Below the pieces are notes generated by a model. The model was not told the DNA's origin. It was given only the letters and a program-made list of their open reading frames with translations, and did no database searches. The translations under genes were made by a program, and so were the position numbers. Below are positions 1 to 13,850 of a stretch of DNA of 64,000 bases, piece by piece (the stretch's first letter is position 1; each line of letters opens with the position of its first letter). Source of the DNA: Felis catus (lineage: Eukaryota); the NCBI RefSeq assembly GCF_018350175.1, contig NC_058368.1, forward strand, positions 176,888,001 through 176,952,000, written 5' to 3'.

Positions 1-639
1 AGCCCCCTCTCTCAAAATAAACTAAAAAACAAAAACAAAAAAACACACCAATTTGCAGACATTTAACAGTGTTCTCTTGCCTGGGTTCTGGAAGCCATTC
101 ACAGGCTGCCTATTTCAATTAGATTTTAATCACCCACAGCTCGTGTATTCCTTTAACGAGTGCTTGATGTTACCAAGCGGAATGAAGCGTGCTTTATGCT
201 GCTCTGAATGTGTGCCCACCTGATACCTAGAAGTCTCCTTCTGGAAGCAATCCAGATATGAAGAGACGGGGAGGCCTCCTGGGGCGGGGAGCCAAACAGA
301 AAACCTACCCTTCATATACCTACGGAAGAAGCATATAACTCAGTTATGCTCCGTCCTCTCCTTGGAGGGTGTGTGGTTTCAGCCAGGGGGCTGTGAGGGA
401 ATGGCATTGTGGGCACCCCTGCTTGCTTTTCAAAATAGCGAAAGCACCAAGCTCCACCCACCTAAAGCTCTGATACACAAAATGTCTCTTGTATCTTTGC
501 TTGCCCTTCATTACTCCTCACCTGCCCAACATAGTCTAAGCCCTTTCACTTGGTGCACAGGGAAGGTTCTTCTCAAGTGTGCCAGGGATCGCTCCAGGTG
601 CTTGGGAGACAAAGATCAACAAAACCTGTTCCTGCCCTC

Positions 640-1215
640 AAGCAAGAGAAACCCCACTCAAACAGACTTATAGGGAATAAAATTAAAGTGCATTGACTTC
701 TGGAACTGGAAGTTCTAGGGAGTAAATGTAGGCATCCCTGGATCCAACTCAGATGATTTTCAGGATTTAGTTTTTTTCTTCCCTTCTCAGCTGTACTTCC
801 CTCTATGGTGGCTTCCCTCTTGGGTAGGCTCTCCCTCATTGGAAAGTGGCCCCAAGTTTTCCCTTAACGGGGACTCCAAGCAGCTCCAGGTTTACTTCAT
901 CCCAAATTCACGGGCAGAAGAAAGGAGATTCTTTCTTCTAAATGGTTGTTTGCAAAAAAAAGTCCTGGATCTGACTCTGAGCGTCTGTCTCCTAAAGTGA
1001 TTCATGTGCCCCTCCTAAACCAGTCATGGGTTTGGAATACGCCAATTGGCTCAAGTCTGGGTGTCACAACCACCCTGCAGTAGGGGATGGAATGGGCTCC
1101 ATGAGAGCCAAACGGACTGAGTCATGAGTGGGAGGAATTGGGTCTTCAAAGGGAATTCAGGGCACTATTACTGGAGGAAGGCTGAGTGGATACTGGGGAG
1201 GCACAAACTACACAG
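640..1215 (-). mobile_element. ERVL-MaLR LTR, MLT1J/K-like, degraded
   Basis: Segments such as caagagaaaccccactcaaacagactta and cagctccaggtttac resemble the reverse-complemented MLT1K consensus. Confidence 0.6.
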
Positions 1216-1893
1216 ACTAAAATCTAATCATTGAGCTGTTACAGTAAGGCCGTGGTCTGGTCATAATACAGTGTTCCATACGGGGTCTGGAAAATGGTTG
1301 GCGGGCAAGACTTTGTGGGGTCTCTTCAGCATTTTCCAAGGGACAGAATATTCTGTTTTTCAGGATTTAGGACAGGTATCCAGAGAAAAGAACATCTGCT
1401 TATTTGCAGACGAGAGAAAGAAAAGGCATAAGGTAACAGAAACTTCCTCAGGAAGATCCAACTCCATCTGCTCGAATTATTTGCTTAACAAGCCACTTTC
1501 TGAACTTGGTCTTGAAAGGCCCCACACCTGCCACACTGGGAGAGAGACTCTGGCACAAACAGCCAGTAGTTGTCTTTCCAGACAGAGATGAATAATGTGC
1601 CATTCCACTGTGCACATCTCTTCCTTGTCATCTCTGAGCTTTCCTCCTTTGGTGAAAAGATAAAAATCAGGTATTTAAACTGAGGAAGCCTCCGCAAGTG
1701 GACATGAGGTGTCAGTAAAGCAGACTGAAGCAATCAGTCTCTCTCTTTGCTACTTGTTAGCTGCAACATTGCCCTTTTCAGAGGCAAACTCATAGGAAAA
1801 AGCAATATTTTCATCCCTACCAATTAGCATCCTGGCTTGCTATGATTTAACAAGTAGTTTTCTAAATAGTAACCACGTATTCCTGTTGGCCAC

Positions 1894-2300
1894 CTGTGGA
1901 ACGTTAAATTATTTTTGGCTCTGATTTTTCACCCTCCCTGTATCCACTCCTTTTGCCTGGGAGTTTTCAGTCTCTCTCACTAGGGACAGAATGGACTTCT
2001 CCACCCCCTGACTTTGGGCTTGGCCATGTGACTTGTCGTGGCTAATGGGATGTTGGCAGATGGATGTGCCCCAAGCAGTGATCTCAGCCTGTATTTGTGC
2101 AGTTGGCTGTGCCTTCTTGCACCACTCCCTTAGCCATGAGAATATACTCCGTCTTAGCATATTGTTCCAAGGGCAACGAGAGACACCTGAAGCTGGCCTT
2201 GACTGAACCCTCAACCTGAAACAAAATTCAGTTTGGAGAACAAAGATCCCCAACTGATGTGAGAAAGCCCCTGCTGAAGTGAAGACCCATGGGAAGGCAT
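1894..2300 (+). mobile_element. ERVL-MaLR LTR, MLT1F/G/H-like
   Basis: ccctccctgtatccactcc...gactttgggcttggccatgtgacttg...gctaatgggatgttggcaga is a typical MLT1 5' region. Confidence 0.65.
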
Positions 2301-2326
2301 AACTTCTTTAGAAATCATTTCAAACA

Positions 2327-2535
2327 GGGGCGCCTGGGTGGCTCAGTCAGTTAAGCGTCCGACCTCAGCTCAGGTCATGATCTCACGGTCTGTGAGTTTG
2401 AGCCCCGCGTCAGGCTCTGTGCTGACAGCTCAGAGCCTGGAGCCTGCTTCGGGTTCTGTGTCTCCCTCTCCCTCTGCCCCTCCCCTGCTCATGCTCTGCC
2501 TCTCTCTGTCTCAAAAATAAAAACATTAAAAAAAA
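2327..2535 (+). mobile_element. CAN-SINE (SINEC_Fc-like) with TSD
   Basis: GGGGCGCCTGGGTGGCTCAG tRNA-derived head, CT-rich tract and A tail, flanked by agaaat(c/a)atttcaaaca. Confidence 0.95.
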
Positions 2536-2539
2536 AGAA

Positions 2540-2662
2540 ATAATTTCAAACATACAGAATAGTTGTAAGAATAGTCCAAAAACATCTTTATCTGGATATA
2601 CTAGTTGTTAACATTTTGTCCCATTTACTTTATCATTTGCTCCCCTTTTTTTAAGTTTATTT

Positions 2663-2698
<36 letters not shown>

Positions 2699-4270
2699 AG
2701 GCGGGGGGGGGGGGGGGCGGGGGGGGGGGGACAGAGGATCCGAAGCAGGCTCCATGCTGACAGCAGAGAGCCTGATGTGGGGCTCGAACTCACAAACTGT
2801 GAGATCATGACCTGAGCCAAAGTCAGACACTTAATCAGCTGAGCCACCCAGGCGTCCCTTGCTCTCCTTCTATGTAAGTTTTTTTCTGAAACATTTGAGA
2901 ATAAGTTATATATATCATACCTTTTTACCCCTAAATCCGTCTGTGTGTTTTGCTTAAGAATAAGAACATTCTCTTTTAGAGCCACAGAGCAATTGCAATT
3001 GTTAACTGCAGGCAATTTCACATTGATACAATATTTTTACCTACTTTACCATTCATATTCCAATTTTATCTATTGAGCCAGTAATATCCTCTATAGGATC
3101 AAGTGCCTTTAATCTGCTGTAATCTGGAACAGTTTCTTAGCTGTTCTTGGACTTTAATAACATCGACATTGAAAAAAATACAGTGTCTCTCTTCTTTTTA
3201 TTATAGAATGTCCTCCTTTTGTGTTTGGCTAGTGCTTTCTCATAATTCCATCCAGGCTGTACCTCTCCAGTTAGAATACTACAGAAATGACGGTGTCATT
3301 CTCAGGAAATTCCATTTGGAGGCACATGACATCCATTTAATCATTTGGTCAAGGTATCGTGTATTTTTTTCCTTCGGCATCATTACTGTTTTTTCTGCTT
3401 GCAATGAATAAGCAATCTGTGGGGTGATATTTTAAGACAATGCAAATATCTAGCTCTTCATCAAAACTGTCTTCATATATTTAGCATCCATTGATGATTT
3501 TTGCCTGACCTAGTCTTTGCTGCTGTCTTAGTTCAGGCTGCTATAACAAAATACCATCAACTATGTGGCTGAAATACTAAACATTTCTTTCTCACAGTTC
3601 TAAAGGTTGGAAGTCTGAGATCAGGTGTCAGTGTGGTCGGGTTCCTGGTGAGGGCCCGATGCCCGGTGTGCAGATGGCTGTCTTCTCTTTGTATCCTCAG
3701 ATAACAGAAACAGACAAAGGGCTACCTCTCTTCCTCCTCTGATAAGGACACTAACCCCACCATGGGGGCTCCTACGGTCCTACTTCCAAAGACCATCACA
3801 TTAGAGTTCCGACATAGGAATTCTGGGAGATCACAAACATTCAGTCCATTGCAACTACTGCACCTGAAACATGATGAATTTCCAGCTCCAGCACTTTCTT
3901 CACATTCACCAGTCAGCACTCTGCTGTAAGCAAGTGCCTCTCTTGTGTCTCATCTATTTATCTATGCATTATGTGTGTATACTAATGGAGTTCTATTATC
4001 TTCAGTGATGTGTAATTCCTTACTGTCCTTATTTTTTGGTGTTCAAATTGTCCTAGATTTGGCCAATGAAACTCCTTCAGGCTGGCTCTTGTGTCCTCGT
4101 GACATGTCTCCACCATTCTTTTTTTGGCACTTTTTAATTTTATGGCATAACAAGAGCCTCTCTCCTTCAGCTTGGGATATGCCATTTCTAGAAGGAACCC
4201 TGCTTCCTGGTTGTGTGGAATGGTATTAGAGCCCAACATCTGGGTCCAAGACATGCTAATAAGGATTTTG
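2540..4270 (-). mobile_element. Old L1M (L1MC-like) 3' fragments, interrupted by a minus-strand SINE (2645-2858) and an MLT1 LTR
   Basis: AT-rich segments similar to the L1MC-like block at 39000-40870, e.g. ttagcatccattgat and aatctggaacagttt. Confidence 0.55.
3524..3853 (-). mobile_element. ERVL-MaLR LTR, MLT1A-like
   Basis: tgtcttagttcaggctgctataacaaaatacc ... cacaaacattcagtccattgca are the hallmark termini of MLT1A-type LTRs. Confidence 0.85.
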
Positions 4271-4363
4271 TGCTTCTAGCTACACACACATACATAATCC
4301 TATGCACACAAACATAAAATATACTTATATGCATACATATATAAACATATACATGTAAACATA

Positions 4364-4471
4364 TGTGATGGTTAATTTTTTGTGTCAGCTTGGCTGGTCA
4401 CAGGGTGACCAGATTAAACATGATTTCTTGGGTGTCTGTGAGGATATTTCTGGATGAGATTAGCATTTGAA
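4364..4471 (+). mobile_element. ERVL LTR (MLT2) 5' fragment
   Basis: tgtgatggttaatttt..tgtcagcttggctgg...gggtgtctgtgagga...gatgagattagcatttgaa matches the MLT2 start. It is truncated at a SINE (4480-4687). Confidence 0.85.
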
Positions 4472-4689
4472 AAAACAAATTTTTTTTTAATGTTTATTTT
4501 TGAGAGAGAGAGAGACAGAGTGCAAGCACAGAGGGGCAGAGAGAGAGGGAGACGCAGAATTCGAGGCAGGCTCCAGGCTTTGAGCTGTCAACACACAACC
4601 CAATGGGGGGCTCAAACTCACGAACAGTGAGATCATGACCTGAGCCAAAGTCGGACACTTAACCGACTGAGCCACTCAGGTGCCCCAGA

Positions 4690-6470
4690 CTTTCGTCTTT
4701 TAACTTTGTTTGTGATGGTTTTGGTTAAGTAAAACTTTTATTTTTATGTAGCCAAATGAATAATTTTTTTAACGATTACATCTGGAATTTTTTAAAGACT
4801 TTTAAAGTTTATTTATTTATTTTGACAGCGGAAGAGAGAGAGCATGTGCATGGGAGGGACAGAGAGAAAGGGAGAGAGAGGGAATCGAAAGCAGGCTCCA
4901 CACTGCCAGTGCAGAGCTCAAAACCACGAACCAGATCATGACTTGAGCCGAAACCAAGAGTCAGATGCTTAATTGACTGAGCCACCCAGGTGCTCCAACA
5001 TCTGGATTTTAAGATACATCTGGATTTTTTAAAGCTTTTCCCTATATCCAAGTTATAGAAAAATTCATCCTTGTTTTCATCCAGTCCTTATCTGGTCACC
5101 TGGTTTCATCTTTTATGTTTAAAGCTGTGATCCATTTGGAATTTCTTGTGATGTGTGGGATTAAGAATGAATATGATTTTGTCACTTTATTCCAACAGTT
5201 TTCCACTTAGCCCAACACTAATTAAAAATTCCATCTTTTCCTGGGGCGCCGGGGGTGGCTTAGTCAGCTAAGTGTCCTACTCTTGATTTTGGATCAGGTC
5301 ATGATCTCACAGTTCGTGAGTTTGAGCCCCGCGTTGGACTCTGCACTGACAGTGTGGCGCCTGCTTGGGATTATCTCTCTCTGCGCCTCCCCTGCTCATG
5401 CACTCACAACTCTCTCTCTCTCTCTCAAAATAAATTAAAAAAAAAATAGTAATAAAACACGTATGGAATAATCACATGAATTTTCTTCTTGGATCTATAA
5501 ATATGTTGAATTATATTAATAAATATCTAACATTGAACCATCCTTGCATTTCTATAATAAACCCCATTTGGTTATGGTTTATTATTTTCTTTAATGTTGC
5601 ATTTGAGTCTGTTTGCTAATCTTTTATTCCAGATTTTTTAAATCAGTATAAATGATATTGGTCTGCAATTTTATCTTATGTGGGGTATCTTTATCAGCTT
5701 GAAATATCAGTGCTAACCTACTTCATATAAAGAATTTAGAAGTTACCTTTATTTTCTCTACTCTGGAACAACTTATAAAATAGTAATGGGACTATTTTCT
5801 AAGATTTGGTAGAATTCTCTTGTGAAACTTGAGCTTGGTGTTTTGATGTGTGATAGTTCTTTAATAACATTCTATATTTCTTCCTTGAAATTGATTAACT
5901 TTTTATCTTGGGAGAGTCAATTTTGGCCAACTATATTTTCCTAACACATTATCCATTTCATTAGGTTTATAAATTTCTTTGCATAGGGCTGTGTATGTAA
6001 AGGACTGTTTTATGACTTTCTGGCTTCCTCTGTATTAGTAGCTACTTTCCTCTTGTCATTTCTTATTCCACGTATCTCTGCTTTCTCCTTAGTTAAATTA
6101 GCTAGTGGCTGGTCTATTTTCTGACTTTATGCAAAAAGCCAGAATTTTTATTTTTTTGATCTATTTTCTAGTTCTCTATTACTTCCTGCTTTTATCTTTG
6201 TTATTTTCTTCCTTGTGGTTTCTTCTGTTGTTTTTTTTTTTTTTTCTAACTTGAATTGGGAATTTAATTAATTTTAATTCAATTCAATTGATTGTTTAAT
6301 TTTATCAATATGGGTTTTAGGGATATGAATTTTTCTTGGCTATATGAATATTCCTTGGGATATGTGTTTTACATATATCCCATAGATTCTGATATGCAGC
6401 AATTCTGTAACTTCAGTAATTCCCTTATACCCAATCATTGTTAAATATAAGGTTTTTAAGTTTCTAGGTG
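4690..6470 (-). mobile_element. Degraded old L1 fragments with SINEs at ~4800-4997 (-) and ~5243-5447 (+)
   Basis: ttgaaccatccttgcatt...ataaaccccatttgg...tttgctaatcttttatt resembles antisense L1 ORF2. Confidence 0.6.
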
Positions 6471-6478
6471 GAAAATCA

Positions 6479-7050
6479 TGCCAGTTATCAAATTATTGCA
6501 TCTCATATCCAAATTCACTCTTCATTGCCTGCTCTGTGAAAATGGATATGGGCCCTTTAAATATTGTGCCTTTGTCAGTTGGCACACATTTAGCTTTGAC
6601 AGTAGAGGGCGCTGGAGAGACAACACCGAAGGAATTTCCATTTACTCATTCAGTAGGCTTCCTCAGCATGGGTAGCTTCTCCAAGGTTGGGTCCTACAAT
6701 ACACAGGAGCTAACAACACCCAGCAAGCAGCAGCCTCCCCAGGCACAACCCTGTCAAGTAGTTACATAGCAAAATGGCTATCATGAGATGCCTCCTATGA
6801 ACAGTTCCCAGAACCCTATGGGACAAATTTCTAGCCATTCCTGGAGTGTAGATTTCCAGCAACTTCACTGGTGCGGCACAATAATAACCTCTCTGCCATT
6901 CACAGATCCAGGGCCATGTCCTCTCTAAGAAGGTCTGGCTCTTAATCCTAGAGGGGCCCCTTCCTTAAAACACACTCTCTCAGTCCTAGGGGCCTAGCTG
7001 TTTCTTAGTTGGCCATTCTTCTGTTCTTTAGATTTCCTTTCTCCCTTCCA
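6479..7050 (+). mobile_element. ERVL LTR, LTR41-like
   Basis: Starts TGCCAGTTATCAAATTATTGCATCTC..CCAAATTCACTCTTC...GCTTTGACAGTAGAGGGCGCTGGAG, matching my recollection of the LTR41 5' end. Confidence 0.7.
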
Positions 7051-7109
7051 TAAAATTGAAATATCTAATACCGGGATTTTTTGCTAGGTATATGTTGCCA
7101 CAATATTTA

Positions 7110-9850
7110 ACAATAAGCCTACATCTAGCATCACACTTAATGGTGAAGAATGAATGCTTTTCCCCTATGATAAAGAATAAGGATGCCTGCTCTCACCACT
7201 TCCATTCAGTATTGTAAGGCCTGCATTAGTGCAGCTAGGCAATGAAAGCAAAACCTTGGACAAGAAGAAGTAAAATTCTCTTTATTCACAGACAACATGA
7301 TCATCTATTTAGAAAATCCAATGGAATCTCTAAAAGAACTACTAGAACTTGGGGTGTCTGGGTGGCTCAGTCGGTTAGGTGTCTGACTCTTGATTTTGGC
7401 TCAGGTTGTATGTCATGATCTCATGGTTCATGGGATTGAGCCCCACATCAGGCTCCATGCTGACAGCACGGAACCTGCTTGGGATTCTCTTTCCCTCTCT
7501 CTCTGTCCCTCCCCACCAAAAAATAAATAAGTAAACTTAAAAAAGAAAAAGAACTACTAGAAACAAATAAATGACTTAGCAAGTTTGTAGGATGCAATAT
7601 CAACATACAAAAATCAATTGTATATCTATGTGCTATCAACAAACAAGCAGTAATTGAAATTATAAAACCAATACTGTTTTCAAAAGCATCTAAAACTGAA
7701 GTCCTTAGGGATACATCTGATAAAAAGTGTGCAAGACCTATGCCCTCAAAAGTACAATGCATTGCTGATAAAAATTAAAGAAGATGTAAATAAAGAGAGA
7801 TATACCATGTTCATGGGTTGGAAGAGTCAATATTGTTAATATGTCAATCTTCCTCAACTTTATCTATAGATTCTATGTTATCTCAGACAAAACCCAACAC
7901 ATTTTCTTTTTGGTAGAAATTGAAAAGATGATTCTAAAATTCACACGGAAAGGCAAAGAGCCTAGAAGAGTCAAAACTACTTTGAAAAGAAAGAACAACA
8001 TTGGAGGATTAATACAGCCTAATATCAGGACTTCTTATAAAGTCCTTCTTATAAGGCATTAGGGGTGGCTAGGTGGCCCAGTCAGTTAAGTGTCCAGCTT
8101 CAGCTCAGATCATGATCTCATGGTTTGTGAGTTCAAACCCCATATCAGGCTCTGTGCTAACAGCACAGAGCCTGCTTATATCCTCTGTCTCGCTCTCTCT
8201 GCCCCTCCCTCTCTAGTGTACATGCACTCTCTTTCTCTCTCAAAAATAAATAAACATATATAAAAAACAATAAAGTTATAGTAATCAAGATAATATGGTG
8301 TTACCATCAAGAGAGACAAACAGATCCATGAGACAGGGTAGTAAGTTCAGAAATAGACACCCACATGCATGTGGACAACTGTCTTTTTTTTTTTTTTTTT
8401 TTTACAAAATGTGAAGGCAGGTGGGTCTTTCAACAAATATTGCTGAATAAATGGATATGTATATTCAAAAACAAAAACAAGGGGCACCTGGGTGGCTCAG
8501 TCGGTTAAGCATCCAACTTCAGCTCAGGTCATAATCTTGTGGTCTGTGAGTTCGAGCCCCATGTCAGCCTCTGTGCTGACAGCTCAGAGCCTGGAGCCTG
8601 GTTTGGATTCTGTGACTCCCTCCCTCTCTGTCTCTCCCCTACTCACGCTTGCTCTCTCAAAAATAAATAAATATTTTAAGATATTAAAAAACAAACAACT
8701 TTGATCCATACTTCATACCATACACAAAAATTCACCCAATGTGGGTAATAGGCCTAAATGTAAACCCCCAAACTCTAAATCTTCAAGAAGAAAACATAGA
8801 AGAAAGCCTTTTTGACTTTGGATTAGGCAGAGATTTCTTATATATGACACCAAACGCATGATCCATAAAAGCATACGTTGATAAACTGGACTTTATAAAA
8901 AATTTAAAACTCTGCTTTTTCACAAGACACTGCTAAGAGAATAAAAAGATCAGGTAAAGACTGGGAGTCAGTAACTGCAAGCCGTATATCAGATAAAAGA
9001 GTTGTATCCAAAAAATATAAAGAACTCTCAAACTCCATAATACGCAAACAACCCGATTTACAAATGGGCAAAGGATGCGAACTTATGCTTCACCAAAGAA
9101 GATATAAAAATGGCAAATAAGCACATAAAAAAATGGTCAACATCATTAGTCATTCGGGAAGTGGAAATTAAAACTACAGTGAGATATCCACTATATATCT
9201 ATCAGAATGGCTACTATTAAAAACTGACCCCAAACAAGTGTTGGTAGGGATGTGGAGAAGTAATATTTTCATACAATTCTGGTAGGAACGTAAACGGTAA
9301 GACCACTTTGGAAAATAGTTTGGCAGTTCCTCCAAACAAACAAAAACCAAAGCCATTCATTCTCCTACTAGACATTTACCGAAGAGAAAGGAAGACAAGT
9401 GCCCATACATAGACGTGTACATGAACGTTCACAGCAACTTGACTTATAATTGTGAAAACATGGTGTATCCATCCACACGTTCGACAAACTGCCACGTCCA
9501 TACAATGGAAAACTATTCATTAATTAAAAGGAATGAGCCTTATAATATGGATGAATCTCAAAATAATTATGCTGAGTGAAAGAAGCCATACCAATAAAAG
9601 ACCCCATGTGGTATATATTCATGTACAGAAATTTTTAGAAAATGCAACGTAATCTATAGTGACATAAAGCAGATGAGTGGTTGCCTGAGGACTGGTGACT
9701 GGGGAGGTGCAGTAGAGAGGGATTAATTACCAAGGGGCATAAGGAAACTTTTTGGAATACCGGACATATTATCTTGATTACAGTGATGGTTTCACAGCTG
9801 TATACACATGTCAAACTTATAAAAATGTACACTTCAAGTGTGTGCATTGT
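7110..9850 (+). mobile_element. Old L1M, 3' half of ORF2 plus 3' UTR, interrupted by SINEs (7351-7545, 8061-8270, 8481-8690)
   Basis: ORF 7841..8062 (IYRFYVISDKTQHIFFLVEIEKMILKFTRKGKEPRRVKTTLKRKNNIGGL) is degraded L1 ORF2p. The SINE at 7351 has TSD aaaagaactactagaa. Confidence 0.9.
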
Positions 9851-9859
9851 AGTGTATTT

Positions 9860-10200
9860 AGTTATTTAGAAATCATGCTGACTGCTGGTGGAAGAACGTG
9901 TTGTAGGATGAGACAGGAGAAACCACAGCAAGTTCAGTTGAAAAGGTTTTGCAGTAGCCAAGGTGAGAGGAAGTGGTGATGGCAGCAGACACAGAGAAAA
10001 AGCAGAGAGATTCAGACTACGTTTAATGGATAGAATACAGAGGACTTGGTAATGGATTGGGTGTGGGAGGGGAAGAAAATGGAGGAATCACTGATAAGTC
10101 TTGGGTTTGAGGCTTGAGCAATTGGGTGGATTACGGTGCCATTTGTGGAGGATGAAAAAGACTAAAAAACAGTTTGGCAGCGTGGGGAGAATTGAGTTTT
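9860..10200 (-). mobile_element. L2 fragment
   Basis: Purine-rich aggacttggtaatggattgggtgtggg...ggcttgagcaattgggtggat..gtgccattt is typical of antisense L2. Confidence 0.65.
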
Positions 10201-10207
10201 TCAAGGC

Positions 10208-10385
10208 CATGTGTTCTTGGAATTCCCATCTGTGGTCTGAACTGCATCGGGAAATGCCCGATGTGTGAGTTAAAAATGCTGATTGCTGGACTCCACCTCA
10301 GACCAAATCAGCATCTCTGGGAAACTGTGATCTAAAGAATCTCCCCAGGCCACTGAAATCCATACTAAAGTTTGATGGCTACTGG
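10208..10385. mobile_element. hAT-Charlie MER5-like relic
   Basis: ttaaaaatgctgattgctggactccacctcagacc..aatcagcatctctggg...actaaagtttga. Confidence 0.6.
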
Positions 10386-10679
10386 ATTTCATTTCTCCCT
10401 TCCCCTTTTCCCTTCTTCCCACTTTTTTCTTTCTCACTTGCCAGTTCGCCCTGAAGAATTAGCTTAGAAGGGGCGCCTGGGTGGCTCAGTTGGTTAAAGC
10501 ATCCGACTCTTGATTTCAGCTCAGGTCATGATCTCATGATCATGAGATCAAGCCCCACATCAGGCCCCACAACGAGTGTTGAGCCTGCTTAAGATTCTCT
10601 CTCTTTCCCTCTGCCCCTCTCCCCTGCTTACTCTGTCTCTCTCAAATAAAAAAAATTTTAAAGAAAGTTAACTAAGAAG

Positions 10680-13600
10680 GCACTGCAAGTGTAACAATTG
10701 TAAACACATAATACCTAACAACAAAGTCCCAAAATTCATGAAGGGAAAACTATTAAATGAACGAATAAATGAGCTCAGCAAGGATGCAGGAGACTTGACC
10801 AATATACAAAAATCAATTATATTTCTATACACTTGTAATGAACAACTTGAAAGGGAAATTAAGACAATAACTCTACTTGTAAACAGCAAAACACACAATA
10901 TACAATAGGATGAAAAAGAATAAAATACTTAGGAATAAATTTAAAAAAAATTTTTTTAATGTTTTATTTATTTTTTGAGAGAGCGAGCATGATTGGGGGA
11001 GGGGCAGAGGGAGAGAGAGACAGAATCCAAACCAGGCTCCAGGCTCTGATCTGTCAGCACAGAGCCTGACACGGGGCTCAAACCCACAACGTGAGATCAT
11101 GATCTGAGTTGAAGTCGGATGGTCAACCGACTGAGCCACCCAGGCTCCCCAGGAATAAATTTTTAAAAAGTGCAAGTCTTACACACTGAAAACTACAAAA
11201 TATCATTGAAAGGAATTTGAGGCATACATAAACAAGTAGAAAGATATCCATGTTCTTAAATTGGAAAGCTTAATATTGTTAAGATGGCAATATTCACCTG
11301 ATTGATCTATAGATTCAACACATTTCCCATCAAAATTCTTTTTTTTCCCCCAGAAATGGACAAGCTGGTAAAATTCGTGTGGATATATAAGGGACCCAGA
11401 ATAGCCAAAACAATCTTGAAAGGAGAACAAATTTGGGGGGCTCATACTTCCTAACTTCAATACTTACTATGAAACTACAGTAATCAAGACAGTGTGGTAC
11501 TGGCATAAAGATAGACATAAAGACCAATGGAATAGGGGCACCTGGCTGGCTCAGTCAATAGCACATGAAACTCATGATCTCAGGGTCATGAGTTCAAGCC
11601 CCACATTGGGCATAGAGCTTACTTAAACAAACAAAAAAAACAACCAACAAACAAACCTGACGCTTTCAAAAAAAAAAAAAGACCAATAGACTTGAGTCTA
11701 GAAATAAACTAAAACTTTTATGGTTAACTGATTTTCAACAGGAATGCCAAGACAATCCAATGGGGAAAAGAATAGTCTTCTTTTTTAAAGTTTTCTTCTT
11801 TTTTAAGTTTATTTACTTATTTTGAGAGACAGCACGTATGACAAAGGGAGAGGGGCAGAGAAAAAGGAAGAGAGAGGGGGAGGGAGAGAATCCCAACCAG
11901 GCTCTTCACTGTCAGTGCAAAGCCCGACTCGGGGCTTGAACTCATAAACTGTGAGATCCTGACCTGAGCAGAAATCAAGAGTCGGACACTCAATTGACTA
12001 AGCCACCCGGGTGCTCCAGCATAGTCTTTTCAACAAATGATGGAACACAGGAAATCCACATGTAAAAGAATAAAGTTGGACCCCTACCTCACATCATACT
12101 AAAAAATTAAAATTCTTAGAGGAAAATAGGGTTGGTTTTCATGACTTTGGATTAGACAGTGGTTTTTTAGATATGAGCCCCAAAGCACAAGTAATCAAAT
12201 AAAAAATTGGAAAAATGAACTTCATGAAAATTGAAAACTTTCATGCTTCAAAGGACACTATCATGGGACACCTGGATGGCTCAGTTGGTTAAGCACCTGA
12301 CTCTTGATTTCTGCTCAGGTCATAATCTCATGGTCATGGGATCGAGCCCCTTATCAGGCTCTGTGCTGACAGCATGGAGCCTGCTTGGGATTCTTTCTCT
12401 CCTTCTCTCTCTTGGCCCCTCCCCGCTTGTGAGTGTGCGCTTTCTCTCTCTCTTTTTCTCAGGATAAATAAAAAATAAACTTTAAAATATTTTAAAAAAA
12501 CAAAGGAGACTATCAAGAAAATTATGGAACTATGGGAGAAAATACTTGCAAATCATATATCTGCTAAGGGATTTGTGGTTAGCATATAGAAAGAACACTT
12601 ACAATTCAATATGAAAAGACAAATAATACTATTTAAAAATGTGCAAAAGGGGGGCGCCTGGATGGCGCAGTCGGTTGGGCATCCGACTTCAGCTCAGGTC
12701 ACGATCTCGCAGTCTGTGAGTTCGAGCCCCACGTCGGGCTCTGGGCTGATGGCTCAGAGCCTGGAGCCTGCTTCCGATTCTGTGTCTCCTTCTCTCTCTG
12801 CCCCTCCCCACTTCATGCTCTGTCTCTCTCTGTCTCAAAAATAAATAAACGTTAAAAAAAATTTTTTTTAATGTGCAAAGGATCTGAGTAAATATTTTTC
12901 CAAAAATTGATATACAAATGGTCTATAAGCACATAAAGACATTCAACATTTTTAGTCATCAGGGAAGTGCAAGGCACTTGAGATACATTGAGATCTTACT
13001 GAGTCACGGTGAGATACCCTACATATGCAAAACAGCTGTTCCATTTCACATTTCCTTATAAATTGCTGGGGGGTGGGGGGGAGGCAGACACTGGGTGACT
13101 CAGTTAAGCGTCCAAATTTGATTTTGGCTCAGGCCATGATCTTACAGTTCATGAGATCCAGCCCCAAGTCAGGCTCCACACTGTCAGAGTCCCACTGCTT
13201 GGGGATTCTCTCTCCCCCTCACTCTGCCCCTGCCCCACTTGCTCTCAAAATAAATAGATAAACACTTAAAAAAATAAAAATAAACTGCTGGTGGGGATAC
13301 AAAATGGTGCAGACATTTTAGAAAATACTTTGCCAATTCCTCAGAAAATTAAATGTAGAGTTATCATAGGCCCAAGCGATTCCACTCCTAGCTATATACC
13401 CAAAACAACTGAAAACTCACGTCCATTCAGAAACTCATACATGAACGTTCATAACAGCTTTATGCATAATACCCCAAAAATGGAAACCCAAATGCTCATC
13501 AACTGATGAATAAACAAAATGTGATATAGCCACACAATGAAAAATTCATCAGCTATAAACAGGAATGAAATACACATCATACAACATGGATCAACCTTGA

Positions 13601-13850
13601 AAACATTATGCTACATGAGAGAAACCAGCCACAAAAGACCACATATGATTCCATTTATATGAAATGTCCAGAATAGGCAAATCTATAGAGACAAAAAATT
13701 GATTAGTGTTGCCTGAGCTGGGGCTGTGAGTCGGGAGGAAATGGGGAGTGACTGCTAATAAGTATGGAGTTTCTTTTTGAGATGATGAAAATGTTCTAAA
13801 ATTGATTGTAAATATACTAAAAACCCGTGAATTGTATACTTTATTTTTAT
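10680..13850 (+). mobile_element. Old L1M (L1MB-like), ORF2 3' part plus 3' UTR, interrupted by six SINEs (10945-11150 -, 11536-11640 +, 11790-12017 -, 12266-12500 +, 12650-12870 +, 13085-13280 +)
   Basis: L1 motifs aatatacaaaaatcaatt, agtaatcaagacagtgtggtactggcataa and atccagaataggcaaatctatagagaca. The SINE at 10945 has TSD aggaataaattt. Confidence 0.9.
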
